Positions 12,596-25,130 of a stretch of DNA of 64,000 nt are shown here, one piece after another. Where the stretch lies: positions 18,788,001 to 18,852,000 of the forward strand of contig CM052816.1 in the NCBI GenBank assembly GCA_028534125.1. The letters are read 5' to 3'. The translations under genes and the position numbers were made by a program. How positions within the stretch are numbered: the first letter of the stretch is position 1; each line of letters starts with the position of its first letter. Below the pieces are notes generated by a model. The model saw only the letters and a program-made list of their open reading frames with translations, did no database searches and was not told the DNA's origin. This stretch comes from Lama glama (Eukaryota).

Positions 12596-13431
12596 TCAGA
12601 GGACCCACGTTGGAGTAGGGCAGCTGGGGAGGGTGCATGTGTGTGTATGGACTCTGGGCTACTGCATTGTGCAGCCTCAGCCAGCTAAAATAATGAAATG
12701 AATTACACGCAGTTTTCAAAATAAATGATTTGGGGGGCGCTGCTGATCCAATTGATCTATGAGCCCCTTCAGACTTTGGTTCCAAAAAAAAAATCCTTTC
12801 TGGATGGGCTACAGCCAAGCTCTGCTCCAGGCTAGAAAGAGCCTCCCCTGACCTCCAAGCTGGTGCAGAAGTGGTGCTGGTCTCTGCCATGTGAGAACAG
12901 GGAGGGGCAGGGTAAGTGCGAGCCACAGAGACTGGCTCTGGGCTGCCCAAGCCCCTTCCTACACTACTGAGCAGGTCTAGCAGTTTCTGACTGAAGGTTC
13001 GGCGTGCTCTCAGCCTCTGCCGTGATCCTTCTTCATGTAGCAGCTTTTCCTTCCTGGCCCTGCTGTGCCTTTGAAGGAGAATCCCCAGGGGAAATACAGG
13101 AGCATTCTCTGTCCTCCATTACCTCTCCCCATCCCTTCCCCTGGGGCTCCTTGGGGAGGGAAGGAAGCCAGGTTTCCACTCATCCTGCTTCTCCTGCACA
13201 TCTGAACAGCCCCCTGTCCCAGCACCTCCCCAACCCAGACACTGGGCACGCACCCTTGCTGCCTGTGGTACACAAGGGGGCTCATTTACACAACTTTTAA
13301 GTCAATCTGACTGTCTCTGACAATAAGATATGGGCCCTAAGAAAATCCCAAAGGGAAAAACAAATCCTAGATTTATAAAATGAAAACATAGGCTCTTTAA
13401 TTTATTTAATTCCTATTTTCAAAGTTAGCTA

Positions 13432-13632
13432 TTTTTTAAATTAAACGTTGTAGTTTGAGATAATTGTAGATTCACATACAGTTTTCAGAAATACAGAGAG
13501 ATCCTCTGTGCTCTTCACCCCTTTTCCCTCAGTGGTAACATCTTATAAAACTATAGCACAGTATCACAACCAGGATACCAACACTCATACAATCCATTGA
13601 TCGTCATCAGATTTCCCTACTTCAATTTGTAC

Positions 13633-13666
<34 letters not shown>

Positions 13667-13950
13667 TCACCTCACTGCAGTTTTATCACATGTGTAGATT
13701 ACTCTATCTACCACTACAGCCAAGACACACAGCATTTCCAAAGCCACAGGATCCCTCTTGCTGCTCCTTTAAAACCACATCTCACCCTTGGCAACTGCTA
13801 ATCTTAGGTCTCCATTTTTAACATTCAATCTTTCAAAAACATAATATAAATGGTATCATATAATTTTGAAACTTTTTTCATGTGGCATAATTCCCTGGAG
13901 ATTCATCCAGAGTTGTGTGTATCAGTGGTTCTCCCTTTTCCTGAGTCGTA
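13432..13950 (-). mobile_element. L1MC-type 3' end with embedded (TG)n at 13634-13664
   Basis: 'ttgagataattgtagattcacatacagtt...gagatcctctgtg...ggtaacatctt...aactatagcacagtatcacaaccagga' is the reverse of an L1MC 3' end. Confidence 0.85.
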
Positions 13951-16374
13951 TTCCAAGGCCACCCTGAGAAGGAAGCAGGTAGTGAGCTCCCCAATACTTG
14001 TAACTCCCAAGCAGACGCTGCATAGCTACTGCTCCTGGATATGCTACAGAGCAAACCTTCTCAATGAGAGTGATACATATCAACAGGACAGAAATCGGTC
14101 CTTGGGGGACAAAAAGTCTTAGCTCTTATAATGGCTGTGGCTCTCCAAAGGGCTAGTACACAAACAGATATATGGTATACCTGTGGTATTGCAATTTCAC
14201 GGAAGGCAGCAATTAGGGAGAAAATGTCTAAACAGGCTGAGAAACAATGCTGCTGTGGGACAGCTATGCTGGCAGGAGCTCAGGACAAATGGTCTCAAAG
14301 GCCTTCTTCCTAATCCAGAGCTTTCCACAACCTAAATCCCATGCTTTTAAGGTTTCAGACCTATGCACTCTCCCTTATTAACCTTTTACACGGACACAAT
14401 CAGGGACTCCTTTTCTATCACAGTATCAGGAAGGACTCCTTGTAGGACATGATCCCTCTCACAGATGCCTGAAACCTCTTGAAGAGGAAACAAAGCCAAC
14501 CATCTACATGACAGAGCTCTATGATGCAGCACTCCTCAGGAAGTAGCAGGCCCGTTCAGACTAAGGTGTCAAGAAATGATGACCAATGAGATCAGAGAAT
14601 GGTCCCTCTGGGGAATTCCATCTACCCTCTGTGTCTGTCCAGAGGACTCTGGGGATGCTTAGGTCAGGAATAAGCTCACCTTCTTCTTGAAACCCAGACC
14701 ACCACCTACCTGCAGGCCCATATAAAGTACTCATCAAAAACCTAGCTGCCTAAGCCAGTATGTCACCCATGTGCATGGTGGGGCCTGGTGGGGAGCAGCT
14801 TGCTCCCAGTTTTCTCAGTGATTGTGCTCACTCCTGCTTCTCTCTCTCTGACGAGGACCCTAATGGACATCCTGGAGCAGGGAGCTAGGCAAGACTGGAG
14901 GTCAGTTTTCCCTACAGGAAGCAGCCTCCATCTTGCGGTCCGGAGGAACACTCCACGGAAATGTCTTCTCAACACTAAGAGTTATGTTCCAAGGCGGAAA
15001 CACACCACCAGGTTTAAGGGGATCCAAGCTACAACCTCCACAGAGCCTTGGGAAACAGACTCTTGGAAACTGTGTTTCTGGGGGAGCAGACACAGTTAAT
15101 GGTGTGAGGAATTAAAGAATAAAACTCCACAGGCATCAACTTGATCCAAGTAAAAGCCAGGAAATACAAAGCGGGAGCCTCGAGGCCCAGGGAAACAGGA
15201 CTGCACGAGGGCAAGGGCACATGAACCTGAGTTTAGCCCCAGAAAGCTACATTCTGGTCAAGCCAGGCCTTGCAGCTTTGTAATCCAGGGCAATGGCTTT
15301 AATGAGGCACAGCTTCCTAATTATAGATACAAGTGATTCCAAGAGCGAAAAGGCTGTGTTATCCAAGTTGAAAGTTTTCTTTCAGGAGGCATTAGCACAG
15401 AACGAATGGATTAGTAATTTAAGAAATTTGTTTTTTCCTACAAGCACAGTTTAATGCCAACTCTTCCGTATCCAAACCTTTCATCCATCTCCTGGGGCTT
15501 CAGAGAGAGTCCTGAGAGGTGAGGTCAGCTCCACGAGTCACAGCCTCCCAAGGCGCTCCTGAGCAGCAGCCCACCCAGGAGCTGCACTGCAGCGTCTGGA
15601 TCAGCCCAGGAAGGGACAGTGCTCAGGCCATGTTGGGGACGGTGGGAGGAGTGGGTAGGTGGGGTTGAAAAGGCCACAAAAGTCGATGGGAGCCATCCTC
15701 AGTCACACACACACCCTCATTAGGCTTCAGGAAGAGCTGTGCCACCCTGGCTGGGGTGGGGACAGCTGGACAAACTCTAGGAACCTGAACACAACCCCGA
15801 CCCACTTCATCCCTGCCATAGTGACCCCCAAGTTCACAGAGAGACAACGCAGACAGAGAAGTGCCCATTCTGGATTGGAATCCCGGCCTGGAAGGGGGAT
15901 CACTGCCGACATTGCGTCAGAGGCCACATTCTGTTACTGCACCCCTGCTATTTCTTTCAGATGTGGTTGTCTGCTCAGCCCCACTGTCTCTGTCCCAATT
16001 CAGCCTTCCCCTCCTCCTATCTGCACTGCTGAAGTACTCTTCTCTGAGCTCCAGGCGTCCTGTCTTTTGCCTCTCTGGTCAGGCCTCTGGGATGCCACCC
16101 CTTAACTTCTTGAACCATGGGTCAGATCCCTTCTCCCCTTCAGGAACTCCCTTTGTCGTGGGGAAAGCTCAGACTCCTTGGCCTGCCCCTTGGCATCAAT
16201 TCTCCAGGGTCATCAACCCCTAGACCCCAGGCCAGAACCCAGAGCACTGGGCAGAGTGTGGTCTGCATGTCACCTTGGCACAGACACTCTGCACCAGACA
16301 GGGCTACAGGGATCCCTCCTTCCTCCCAGCCACGTTGCTTTCCCCTAGCTAATCCTGAGACGTGATTAAAAGGG

Positions 16375-16525
16375 GTCTTCGACTCACCAGTGTGTGACCT
16401 TGAGCCATCACATTGCCATTTGCGCTTCTTTTTTTCCATCTGTAAAATGAGGATAATCACACGGCCTTCCTATCTCTGGGCTAGGCTGGGGATCAGATGA
16501 CTTGATGCAGGTGAAGCGTTTAGAA
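16375..16525 (+). mobile_element. MIR SINE
   Basis: 'tgtgtgaccttgagc...tccatctgtaaaatgaggataatc'. Confidence 0.75.
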
Positions 16526-17439
16526 GGTGCTGATGTAGGAAGTGCTCAAAGAGTGCCACCTCTCACCAGTGTTATTATCTTTGCCCAGTGCTTTGAGCAG
16601 CCAGGACCCCTAACCACAGCATGCGAGGGATGATACCCAGCCCCACTGCAGTTGGTCTGCATTGCAAGCCAGAGATGGGAGGAGACTTCCACTGTGAGGA
16701 CAAGCAGAACTGAGTGCAGGAAGGCATGAGGTGATGGGCTGTCACCGTGGGAAATGGTAAAGAGGGACATCTACCCTCTGGCTCCTTCCTTGCCCATGAA
16801 CCCCTTTTGTAGGACAGCAGCTGGAGGAATCAATGGAACAGTAAAGCCCCCTTCTGCTTCTATCCTTTGCAATAGTTCCCGTGGGAGACTTGGTACATGC
16901 CTGTGGGCCGGGGTTTCGCCACTTCTGCCTGACTATTTACTCTGCCCCAAGGTCTCATCGAGATGGCCTGCAAGCAAGTGAATATGTACCACTCTGCACC
17001 AGGCCACACCTAACCCACTCCACATGGATGGCCAGAGCCCAGTGCCCTCAGGCAAGCGGGGCCCAGTGGATGATTTCAACTTAACAGCTTTTAGCCCTGA
17101 AAATCTTCTCAATAAGCCTCATTTGCACTCCTGCCGGAGGGGCGAGGGAGATGCACAGTGCGGGAGTTCCTCTTCCTGGAACTGCTTCCACTATAGTCTC
17201 CCACAGCTGGCCATCTGGGTGCCGAGGGTGCACCCCGTGGACACAGCCTGCGGCAGGTAGCCAGGATGGATGCTTGGGTGGGCTCTGCAGAGTGCCATGG
17301 GGTTCTCTGCCCACCCAGCCTCAGAGCAGGAAGGTCATTCCACACAGACTCCACAGCTATGATGGGGAGCGGGGGACCACACAACAGAAACAGAGCATCA
17401 AAAAGCCTCCATCACTTGGAGATGGGAAGTTAGAAGTTA

Positions 17440-17545
17440 GTGATGCAATTTCAGTTCTGACACTTATGAACTGAACTAGAGCGAATCTCAACCTGTTTGA
17501 GCCTTAGTTTCCTTACATGCAAAATGGAGATAATGTCTGCTGTCC
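17440..17545 (+). mobile_element. MIR SINE fragment
   Basis: 'tttgagccttagtttccttacatgcaaaatggagataat'. Confidence 0.7.
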
Positions 17546-17824
17546 TCTCCCTCAGGGACCTCTATATTTATTCATTTGTTCAGCTACCAATTAGACTGGG
17601 GTCACATGCCAGGCCAAAGGGGGACTGCCAAGAGAGATCCACAGGGACCCCTGGTGCCTCCAGGAACTCCTAGTCTAACTGCTCTGATAAACACAGAAGC
17701 TCATGTTTGTAAAAAAAAAAGCTTTGTTAAAAGTGTGAAAACGCCAAGCCCCTGGCATCATTAACATGCAGTGTCTCACATTAAAATTAACCTGCTGAAA
17801 GGGGCAAAACGTCTATTAAGTCTC

Positions 17825-17985
17825 ACTGCTTCTCAGAGTTTACTGTGTATTAGAATCACCTGGGGATCTTAAACTGGAGCGTCTGATTCAGGAGACCTGG
17901 GGTGAACCTAAGATTCTGCATTTCTAACAAGCTCTTGAGGGCAGCTCCTGCTGCCAGTGTGTGGCCCCATTTTGAAAAGCAAGGT
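17825..17985. mobile_element. MER5A (hAT-Charlie MITE)
   Basis: 'ttagaatcacctgggga...tctgattcag...gattctgcatttctaacaagctc'. Confidence 0.85.
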
Positions 17986-19039
17986 ATGAGGCAATGCTGA
18001 GTGATTACTGTTCATTAAACCCCAAATATAACTCAGTTTATCCAATCAGCTAACTGCAAGATTTGGGGGAGAGGAACACAGGATGGATAAGTTTTGAGGG
18101 GGCTGCCTGACACTGGCCAAGGTCTAGTATACGGGGCCTCCCTGATTCGGGGCCACTGAGGAGGGCGATGCATCTACAGGACAGAGTGAGGGGCAGGGGC
18201 ACTTGAGGGAAGTGAGGTCTGGAGGACGGGGCAGGTGCACATGCTTCCTAGGCTCCTCAGCAGTGTCCTGAATGCTCTGAGGAAAGGCAGCAGCCCCAGG
18301 GGCATGAGGCTGGCATAGACTGAACACGGATCTTGGGTACCTTCTTCTGGGCACCCTTTTCTCCTCCAAGTGTCCACGGGAGGAAGCTGGTCTTTGTGGG
18401 GGTCTGTTGAGACTGTCTGGATTCAGAGAACAAACAGGCTTAAGCCAGAAATTATCCTCAGGGCAAAGCACCAATTCATGGGGTCTGAGGCAGGGAACTC
18501 ATCAGACCCAAGACAAGTGGAGTGGAGGGGTGGCCCTTCTTCAGGCCCCTCTCCTCTCTCATCTTTGTTCCTCTCTCTGTGTTCTTGACAAGGTCCACTG
18601 TCAGGCTGCAGAAAGGGCCCAAGGAAGTCAGCAGAAAGAGTGGCCGAAATGTACTGGGGTCATAAATTTACCCTTGAAAGAAGTAGCCCACTCAGACACA
18701 TGCACTTTACAATAAGAATGGAGCTGGGGCACCTGGAAAATTCTCTTCTTCACTTGATGAACTCTGCTCCAAAAATAAAGCCCTTGTTCAACAGCTGGAA
18801 TTTTCCCTCTGAAGAGAGTACCTCTTCTGGTAGTTGACTTAAGCAGTTATTTGCAGCCTATAATTTTCACAAAAACAGTAGGGTGTGCCTGGCGGGAGAT
18901 GTTTTCTACAATCCCATGGAAAGAAAACAATGAGAAAACTTTGGAACAAAGGATGCTCTGATTCCATCAGAAAATCATCGACAATTCAGGGTCACGGCCA
19001 ACAAAGTTGTGGAAAGTTTTCCAGCAGACTTGTGAGAAG

Positions 19040-19270
19040 CTGAGAGAGTGCTTCTGGGGGACGATGAAGAGCACAGCCTGCAGGAAGCCTGGGTGGGAAG
19101 AGGTGGGAGGGGGATACTAGGAGCAGGGGGCCCACGAGGTGGTGGCTGCAACAGTCCAGGTGAGAAAGCTTGAGGTCCCTGGAGTTGGCAGGAATGGAAG
19201 TTAGGCAGAGGGATCCTGCAGAAATCTGCTATAGGAGACAAACCAGGGCTTAGCACTAAATAAACTGTGC
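19040..19270 (-). mobile_element. LINE-2 fragment
   Basis: 'ggtggctgcaacagtccaggtgagaaagcttgaggtccctgga' reverse L2 body. Confidence 0.55.
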
Positions 19271-19294
19271 AGAAGGATCCAGGAGACAATTGCA

Positions 19295-19382
19295 TTCTTT
19301 TTTTTCAATTGAACTACTGGGGATGAATCCAGGACCCCGTGCATGCTAAGCACACACTCTGCCGCTGAGCTATACCTACCCC
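19295..19382 (-). mobile_element. tRNA-Ala-derived SINE (camelid Vic-1 type)
   Basis: Minus strand ggggtaggtatagctcagcggcagagtgtgtgcttagcatgcacggggtcctggattcatccccagta + A-rich tail. Has an A-box, a mutated B-box and an AGC anticodon loop. Confidence 0.85.
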
Positions 19383-20237
19383 TTGACCAACTACAGGTAA
19401 CTGAAGACTACAGTCCAGACGCTGAGGAGAGGGCACAAAAGGATGGACCAATTCTAATAGGCTGGGAAGAGTTTTGTGAGGCCAGTAGCAGTTTGAAAGT
19501 AGGCCTCTGTTTTTTGTGTCTAAGCAGATCCTGTATGTTCTGGGGCCCATAGGAAGGGAGAGAGCTGAAGTGAATGAGGAGGATTGGTGAGAGAAAGGAG
19601 ATGCTGGGAACACTCTTTATAGGGGCCTTTAGCATGGACGAGTCCTTCCCCTCCTGCCAAACAGCATGAAGAAGCAGGTCACAGGTGTTCCTGAGAACCC
19701 ACCTGCACGGTTAGTTCACACCCACACAGGAGGCCACAGGAACCTGTGCGGCTGACCCTGGAGAGGGTCGCGATTCTCCCACTGGCTAGGGACACACAGA
19801 ATCCACACAGAGCTGAGTATCATCCACTGCCTGGGAGCCTCACGTCAGCCACTTTCGTCCCCCTCGGACTGAAGAGCAGGAGAGGACTGAGGATGACAAA
19901 GAGATCTTTGTGCTTTATTCCGACCTAGCTGGTGTGGCCTGGGGGAAACATTCATTGGATTCAAGTAAATGAACTTCTGAACGTGGACACACAGAGTTGT
20001 CCACGTGAAACCATCTGCCACGTACAGCACATGTCTGTGCCCTTCACCTTGGGGTTCCTGTTTGAATCTGCCAGCTGTCTTCTTTGTTCAGGTCTCCTTA
20101 CTGCTGCTGTATGTCTAAGATGATGGAGTAACGTAGGATCTCGTCTTGTCTCTCAGTTTAGCTACTTGGACTATACCTGACCACCTCTTTGAGTGCCTCC
20201 CAGGCTTCTCAGAGCACGTTTTGCTTCTACGATTGCT

Positions 20238-20435
20238 ATTAGTCAGGGCTGGCTAATGCTAGTTGCTGTGACAGAAATATCTCAACTCTCAATGGCTTAA
20301 CACAGAAAAGGCTGATTTCTCATTCACTGAGAGTCCACGATGGATATTCCTGGTTGGTCTGCTCCCCTGTGTTGCTCTCCTCAAGATGAAACTCAGGCAT
20401 CCAGGCTCCTTCCACTCTGTGGCTCCACCATCTTT
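20238..20435 (-). mobile_element. Old MaLR LTR fragment (MLT1J/K-like)
   Basis: 'ctcaatggcttaacacagaaaag...tttctcattcac...actcaggcatccaggctccttccactctgtggctccaccatct'. Confidence 0.7.
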
Positions 20436-20784
20436 GAGCCTTTCATATTTTAGGGCCAAGCCTCTAAGTGGCGTGTAACCATTTACCTTGTATTTTATAT
20501 AAGTACTACAAAGATACCCTCCCAATTTGGTGGAAAAAACTCCATCCAGCTTCTTTCACATGATGGGTTAGTAGGAAACAGCTTGATATTTCTTAGTGCA
20601 GAAAAGATCACTTTGAGGAAAAAAGGAAATGTTTGAAGCTTGCCATTGAGAAAACCATCTACCCTTCTCCCCTACACAAATGAGAATGGATTCTCAGCCA
20701 GCTTCTAAACTCTCAGATAAAGAACAGCTTCAGAAAGGCCGCTGGGGCAGCACCTTCCTCCCAGGAATAGCCAGAACTTAGCTC

Positions 20785-21000
20785 CCATTCACTGAGCTGC
20801 TTTTCTCTGCCAGGCCTTAGCCTAGGCACACGACACACGCCACAACTACTTCTCACAACACTCTGCAATGCAGTCATGAATACGCCCAGTTTACAGAGGA
20901 GCAAACTGAGCACTCAGAGGTTGGCCAACTGGCCACATACAACTGTGACATGGCAGTACTGGGATTTGATCCCAGACAGACTGGCTCCAAGATCCACGCT
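20785..21000 (-). mobile_element. MIR SINE
   Basis: 'cccagtttacagaggagcaaactgagcactcagagg...gggatttgatcccagacagactggctcca'. Confidence 0.8.
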
Positions 21001-21399
21001 TGTTTTATGACATCAGTCTGCTGTTCTCAGCGATCAAAACAAAGCAAAACGAAACCAGAACCAGCAAAGGAGAAAGCAGCGGCTTCAGAGGCCCCACACC
21101 CTTTCATGCGGTCCATGGCAAATGGTAAATATTAGTGTACTGGAGCCATCTCTGCCCTTTGAACATCATGTGTGCTCTGGGTTCCCAGTGACAGTAATTT
21201 GAGGCCACAATTCCCATTTCCTGCATTAGCTATGAGTACACACACACAGCAAAACTGCAAAACCCAGCTGCCCATTGCAGCAGGAGGTAGCAATTACATC
21301 AGACTCTGCTCAGCCCCTCACACTTACCAGCCCCAGCTGAGGCGAGGACAGCGGTCTCAGGATCCCATGGTGCAGAGGGACCTAAGGGAGGTGCACCGA

Positions 21400-21575
21400 G
21401 CCAGTGTGCACCAGCACGTACCAGCCAATTGTGCATGCCTCCTCCCAACTCTATGGCCAATGTCGTCACACTATGGACTTTAAATTGGCCATGGTGGGAG
21501 TATTTACACTACAGGAATTGGTAAATGCTTCAAATCGGGTTTTTTTTTTTAACCCAGAGATCCAGCTGATGGTAT
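21400..21575. mobile_element. MER63-like hAT DNA transposon
   Basis: 'ctcccaactc...aaattggccatggtgggagtatttacactacaggaattggtaaatgct' matches the recalled MER63 core. Confidence 0.75.
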
Positions 21576-21649
21576 TCTTGGGAAAGAGGTGTGTTGGGGG
21601 AGCGAACAGATGTGCATTGAGGAACCATGGGAATTAATAGTATTAATAT

Positions 21650-21870
21650 TAGCAGCCAACATGAACTAAAGCACTTACAATCAATGTTCCTGGCACTGTG
21701 CTGAGCTCTTACGTATTATCTTATATAACCCATAGGATGTAGGTATTAGATCTCCATTTAAAAAAGAAGAAAACTAAAGTTCAAAAAGATTAAGTACATA
21801 GTCACTAGGCCAAGATTCAAACTCAGGATCTCCAGCAAAAAACCCCCTACCTTTTAGCCACAGCACTGTA
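21650..21870 (-). mobile_element. MIR SINE
   Basis: 'aagcacttac...ctggcactgtgctgagctctt...ccatttaaaaaagaagaaaactaaagttca...gattcaaactcagg'. Confidence 0.75.
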
Positions 21871-22329
21871 CCTCTCAGCATAGCAGTACCTCTGGAATAC
21901 GGTCCAGGGCCCCTGCCTGGAAAGCACCAGGCTGATTTATTAAAATGCAGATTCCAGGGTGTGTCCTGACACAGTACTGGCAGGAATTTTTATTTTACTG
22001 TCATGCAAAGAGTTGTAGTTTGAGATCTCAATTTACAAAACTTTTCGGTATGTGGAGCAAAATCTGCTGTGAGTTATTGTCTTCTCCAAATGGAGTTTTC
22101 CACGCTGTGTAATAATGAAATCACCTTGGTGGGACAGTCATGCAACCTAAATGAAAGCACTCTCCAGGGAAATGGCATTTTACCAACTTTAAGCAATGCT
22201 AGTGTCATCTTCCAGAAGGGAAAGGAAAGGGGGCTGCATGGGCCCATCCAGCCACTGCCATTACCAGGGCCAGCTCACTTCTCAAAAGCCGGGCTTGCCC
22301 GACCCCACCAACCTGGGATTCACAGGCTG

Positions 22330-22354
22330 CTCTCTTCCCTTCCTTTTCCTCCCC

Positions 22355-22428
<74 letters not shown>

Positions 22429-22452
22429 GTCTCTCTGTCTCTCTCTCTCTTT
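22330..22452 (+). repeat. (CT)n/(CTGT) microsatellite within a ~120-bp polypyrimidine tract
   Basis: Direct reading. Confidence 0.98.
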
Positions 22453-22879
22453 GAAATGTACTTTTCCATCAGAAGTCATCAAGAAAGAATCTGGAGATAC
22501 CTGGGCTCTCCCCAAACCATCCCCAGCTCAAGTCTGGGTTGGCTCACGGCAAACGCCCCTTCCCTTGTCCTTAGTCCACTCCCTGCAGGGCGCCAATGAG
22601 GGAGGAGTGGTACAGGCTCCAAGCCAGCTGTGGTCAGGGGTAGCCCAAGAACAGCTTGACCATCTCTGCCTGGCTGGGGCAGACCCCACCTTTAAAATAT
22701 AGAAAGTACCATCCCAGGGACCATGCAAATCTCAGTCACTGACACCTTCATGGGAATACATTTAGCCAATCCCTCACAGAAAGCTAGTTCTGACTGGGAA
22801 GAAGACAGCAGCCAAGGACTCAAAAACACGGGCCAGGAAGTATTGCTAAGCTCTTTACACAAAAGAAGGGCCCTTGGGG

Positions 22880-23030
22880 AGGGAGGGAGGGGGTGTAGAA
22901 TAGATGAAAAAAGATTGGCTAGGAGTTGATCACGGTTGAAGCTGTGTGATGAGCACACAGGTGTGGATTATACCATTCTCTCTGCTTTTGCAGATGTTTT
23001 AAAGTTTCTATAATAAAAAATTAAAAAACC
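22880..23030 (+). mobile_element. L1ME-type 3' end
   Basis: 'atagatgaaaaaagattggc...ttgaagctgtgtgatg...attataccattctctctgcttttg...ataataaaaaatt'. Confidence 0.8.
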
Positions 23031-23214
23031 AAAAAGGGACCCATGGATATAATCTATACTTCTTTCCCCAGTCCCTGCTACCTGGGAGGCTGGAAGGTCC
23101 AAGTCCCAGTGTGTGGAGCCACCAGGAAAAGGATGTCCCAGCCTACGTCCCAACTGCCCAGGCCCCACCATCCTTCCTCATGCTCAGCCCCAGGCACCGA
23201 GGCCTCGAGTGCCT

Positions 23215-24050
23215 GCACCCATCCATCCATCACTCAGCACATATTTACTGTCCTCCTACTATGAAGCCTGCTCCATGCCAGGTGCTGAAGTCCAGCAATC
23301 AACAAGACAGGCCTGGCCCCTTCCCTCCTGACCTCACAGGCTAGCAGGGAAACAAACAATAAACACATCAACAAACATTTGAGATCATTTCAGATTGATA
23401 AGAGCTACAAGACAATAAAACAGGATGACAGAAAGATAGGGATGGGAGGCCACTTTGGCTAAGAGGCTCATGGGAGGCCTCTCTGAAGAGGTGACATGGG
23501 AGCAGGGATCCAAGTATAAGAAGCAGGGAATCACGAGAGTATCTCAGGGAAATGCCTCAGGCAGCAGGAACAGCAAGTGCAAAGGCTCTGCGGCAGGAGT
23601 GTGCTTGGGAGTATATAAGAAATACAAGGAGGCCAAAGTGGCTAAAGTGCAACATGCAGGAGAGTGGGTAGGAACTGATTATCAGGGAAGTGGGCCAGGC
23701 GGAGAAGGCCAGGTAGGACCTCACAGGCCCCAGAGGGAGCTTGGATTTTACTGAGTAGAGAAAGAGGGATGTCACGAACACTCTGGTTTGCAGCGAGGAG
23801 AAGACCCATTAGGGGGTAAGAGTGGTGGCCAGGAGATCAGACGAAATCACCGCAGTTTTTGAGGCAGGAGGTGAGGATGGCTTGGACCAGCGTGGCAGCA
23901 AAGGAGAGGGAGAGAGGAGGTGAAACTTGGGATGCTTTTGGAGGCAGAGGCTTTGCTGACGGGTTGGGTGGAGGGGTAGGGAAAGAGCAGAATCAAGGGC
24001 AACTACTGGGGGAGTTGGGGGTCTGAGCACCTGGGTGATGAGAGAGGCTG
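23215..24050 (-). mobile_element. LINE-2 (L2a-like) 3' ~830 bp
   Basis: Begins with tail 'catccatccatc...catatttact...tgccaggtgctg' and continues 'ggcctctctgaagaggtgacat...aacagcaagtgcaaaggctctg...ggcttggaccag'. Confidence 0.85.
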
Positions 24051-24939
24051 AGCAGTGAGAAGGGAAAACCTGGGCGAGGAACTACCAAGGGATAGCAGAG
24101 GCCTGGTGACTGGGGAGAAAGGGGCCAGAAAGGGAGCAGTGGGGATGTGACAGGATGTCAGAAAGGGAGATCAGCAGGAGCCAAGCTGCACAGGGCCTCC
24201 TCTTTGGGCTGCAGAGCTGGCCAATCAGATGGGGCCAGGCCCCAAGGACCGCGCCTCCTCAGTCGCTCCTGAGCCGTGGGCTCAGAGTCTCTGACACAGG
24301 GGCTGTGCCCGACCGACCGGACATGAATAAAGGGAGCCTCTCGAGCCAGACTTCCACCCACTGCTCCGAGGGGCCCCTGGGGCCCCTGCCCCTCCCCAGC
24401 CCTAGCCCCTCACACTTCACTGGACGGACCCCAGCCCAGAGCCCACCCACTGTCCACCCACACCTCCCACATCCTCTGTATCTTCTTTGTGTGTTCCTCT
24501 GTCTACATGTTCAAAAAGTAGCTGTTGTAGAATCCATCACACATTTTCCTTCTCCCATGAAGCCCTTCCCGATCACTGAAGCAGAAAGGGGCTGCTGCCC
24601 TTGCCCACCACTGCCTTGCAGTGTCCCCTCAGCTCTTTCAGGACACTTGTCACGGCCTGTCGTGTGGGGAGATGAGGCACAGCCGTGCGTCAGCAGCTTG
24701 CGAGTGGGACTGTGCCCCTTCCACCCTTACCCTCCTGGAGCTCTTCCTCCCTTAAGCCTCATCCTGGGCAGCACCTTCTGGACGCCCACGCCGCTCTAGG
24801 GGCCCCTTCTCCCATGCTCTCACTGCATCCAGTACTTGTGCCCCCAAAGCACTGGTCTAGCTGCCCTGGGATTGTGTGTGCTTTTCCATCTCCTTGCAAA
24901 CCAGGAGCCTCTCCATCCAGAAGAGCAACGTACTGATGG

Positions 24940-25130
24940 TGGCTGGTAAACACTGAGTATCTATCATGTACTAGGCCAGGTACCAAGTGTGTTTTATGTT
25001 CCCACCCATCCTTTGAAGTGGGTAATATTGTTAACCCAGCTTACAGAAGGGGAAACTGAGACTAGGAGAACGTGTCTTGTCCGACCTCATCTGCTAGTAA
25101 GTAGCAGAACCAGGATTTTAATCGAGGTTT
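24940..25130 (-). mobile_element. MIR SINE
   Basis: 'cactgagtatctatcatgt...ttacagaaggggaaactgagact...gctagtaagtagcagaaccaggattt'. Confidence 0.8.

Noticed and set aside
19295..19382. tRNA-Ala(AGC) gene
   Set aside because: Acceptor stem and B-box are degenerate and an A-rich tail follows, so it is a SINE rather than a functional tRNA.
21327..21381. Small minus-strand exon (cccttag|...CTG|gtaagt)
   Set aside because: Donor is good, but the acceptor pyrimidine tract is short and abuts a MER63; insufficient support.
22069..22702. Overlapping 168-176 aa ORFs with SL/RE repeats
   Set aside because: Translation of the (CT)n microsatellite.
24155..24799. 214-aa ATG ORF
   Set aside because: Pro/Ser/Leu-rich low-complexity product of GC-rich DNA, with no domain and no splice context.
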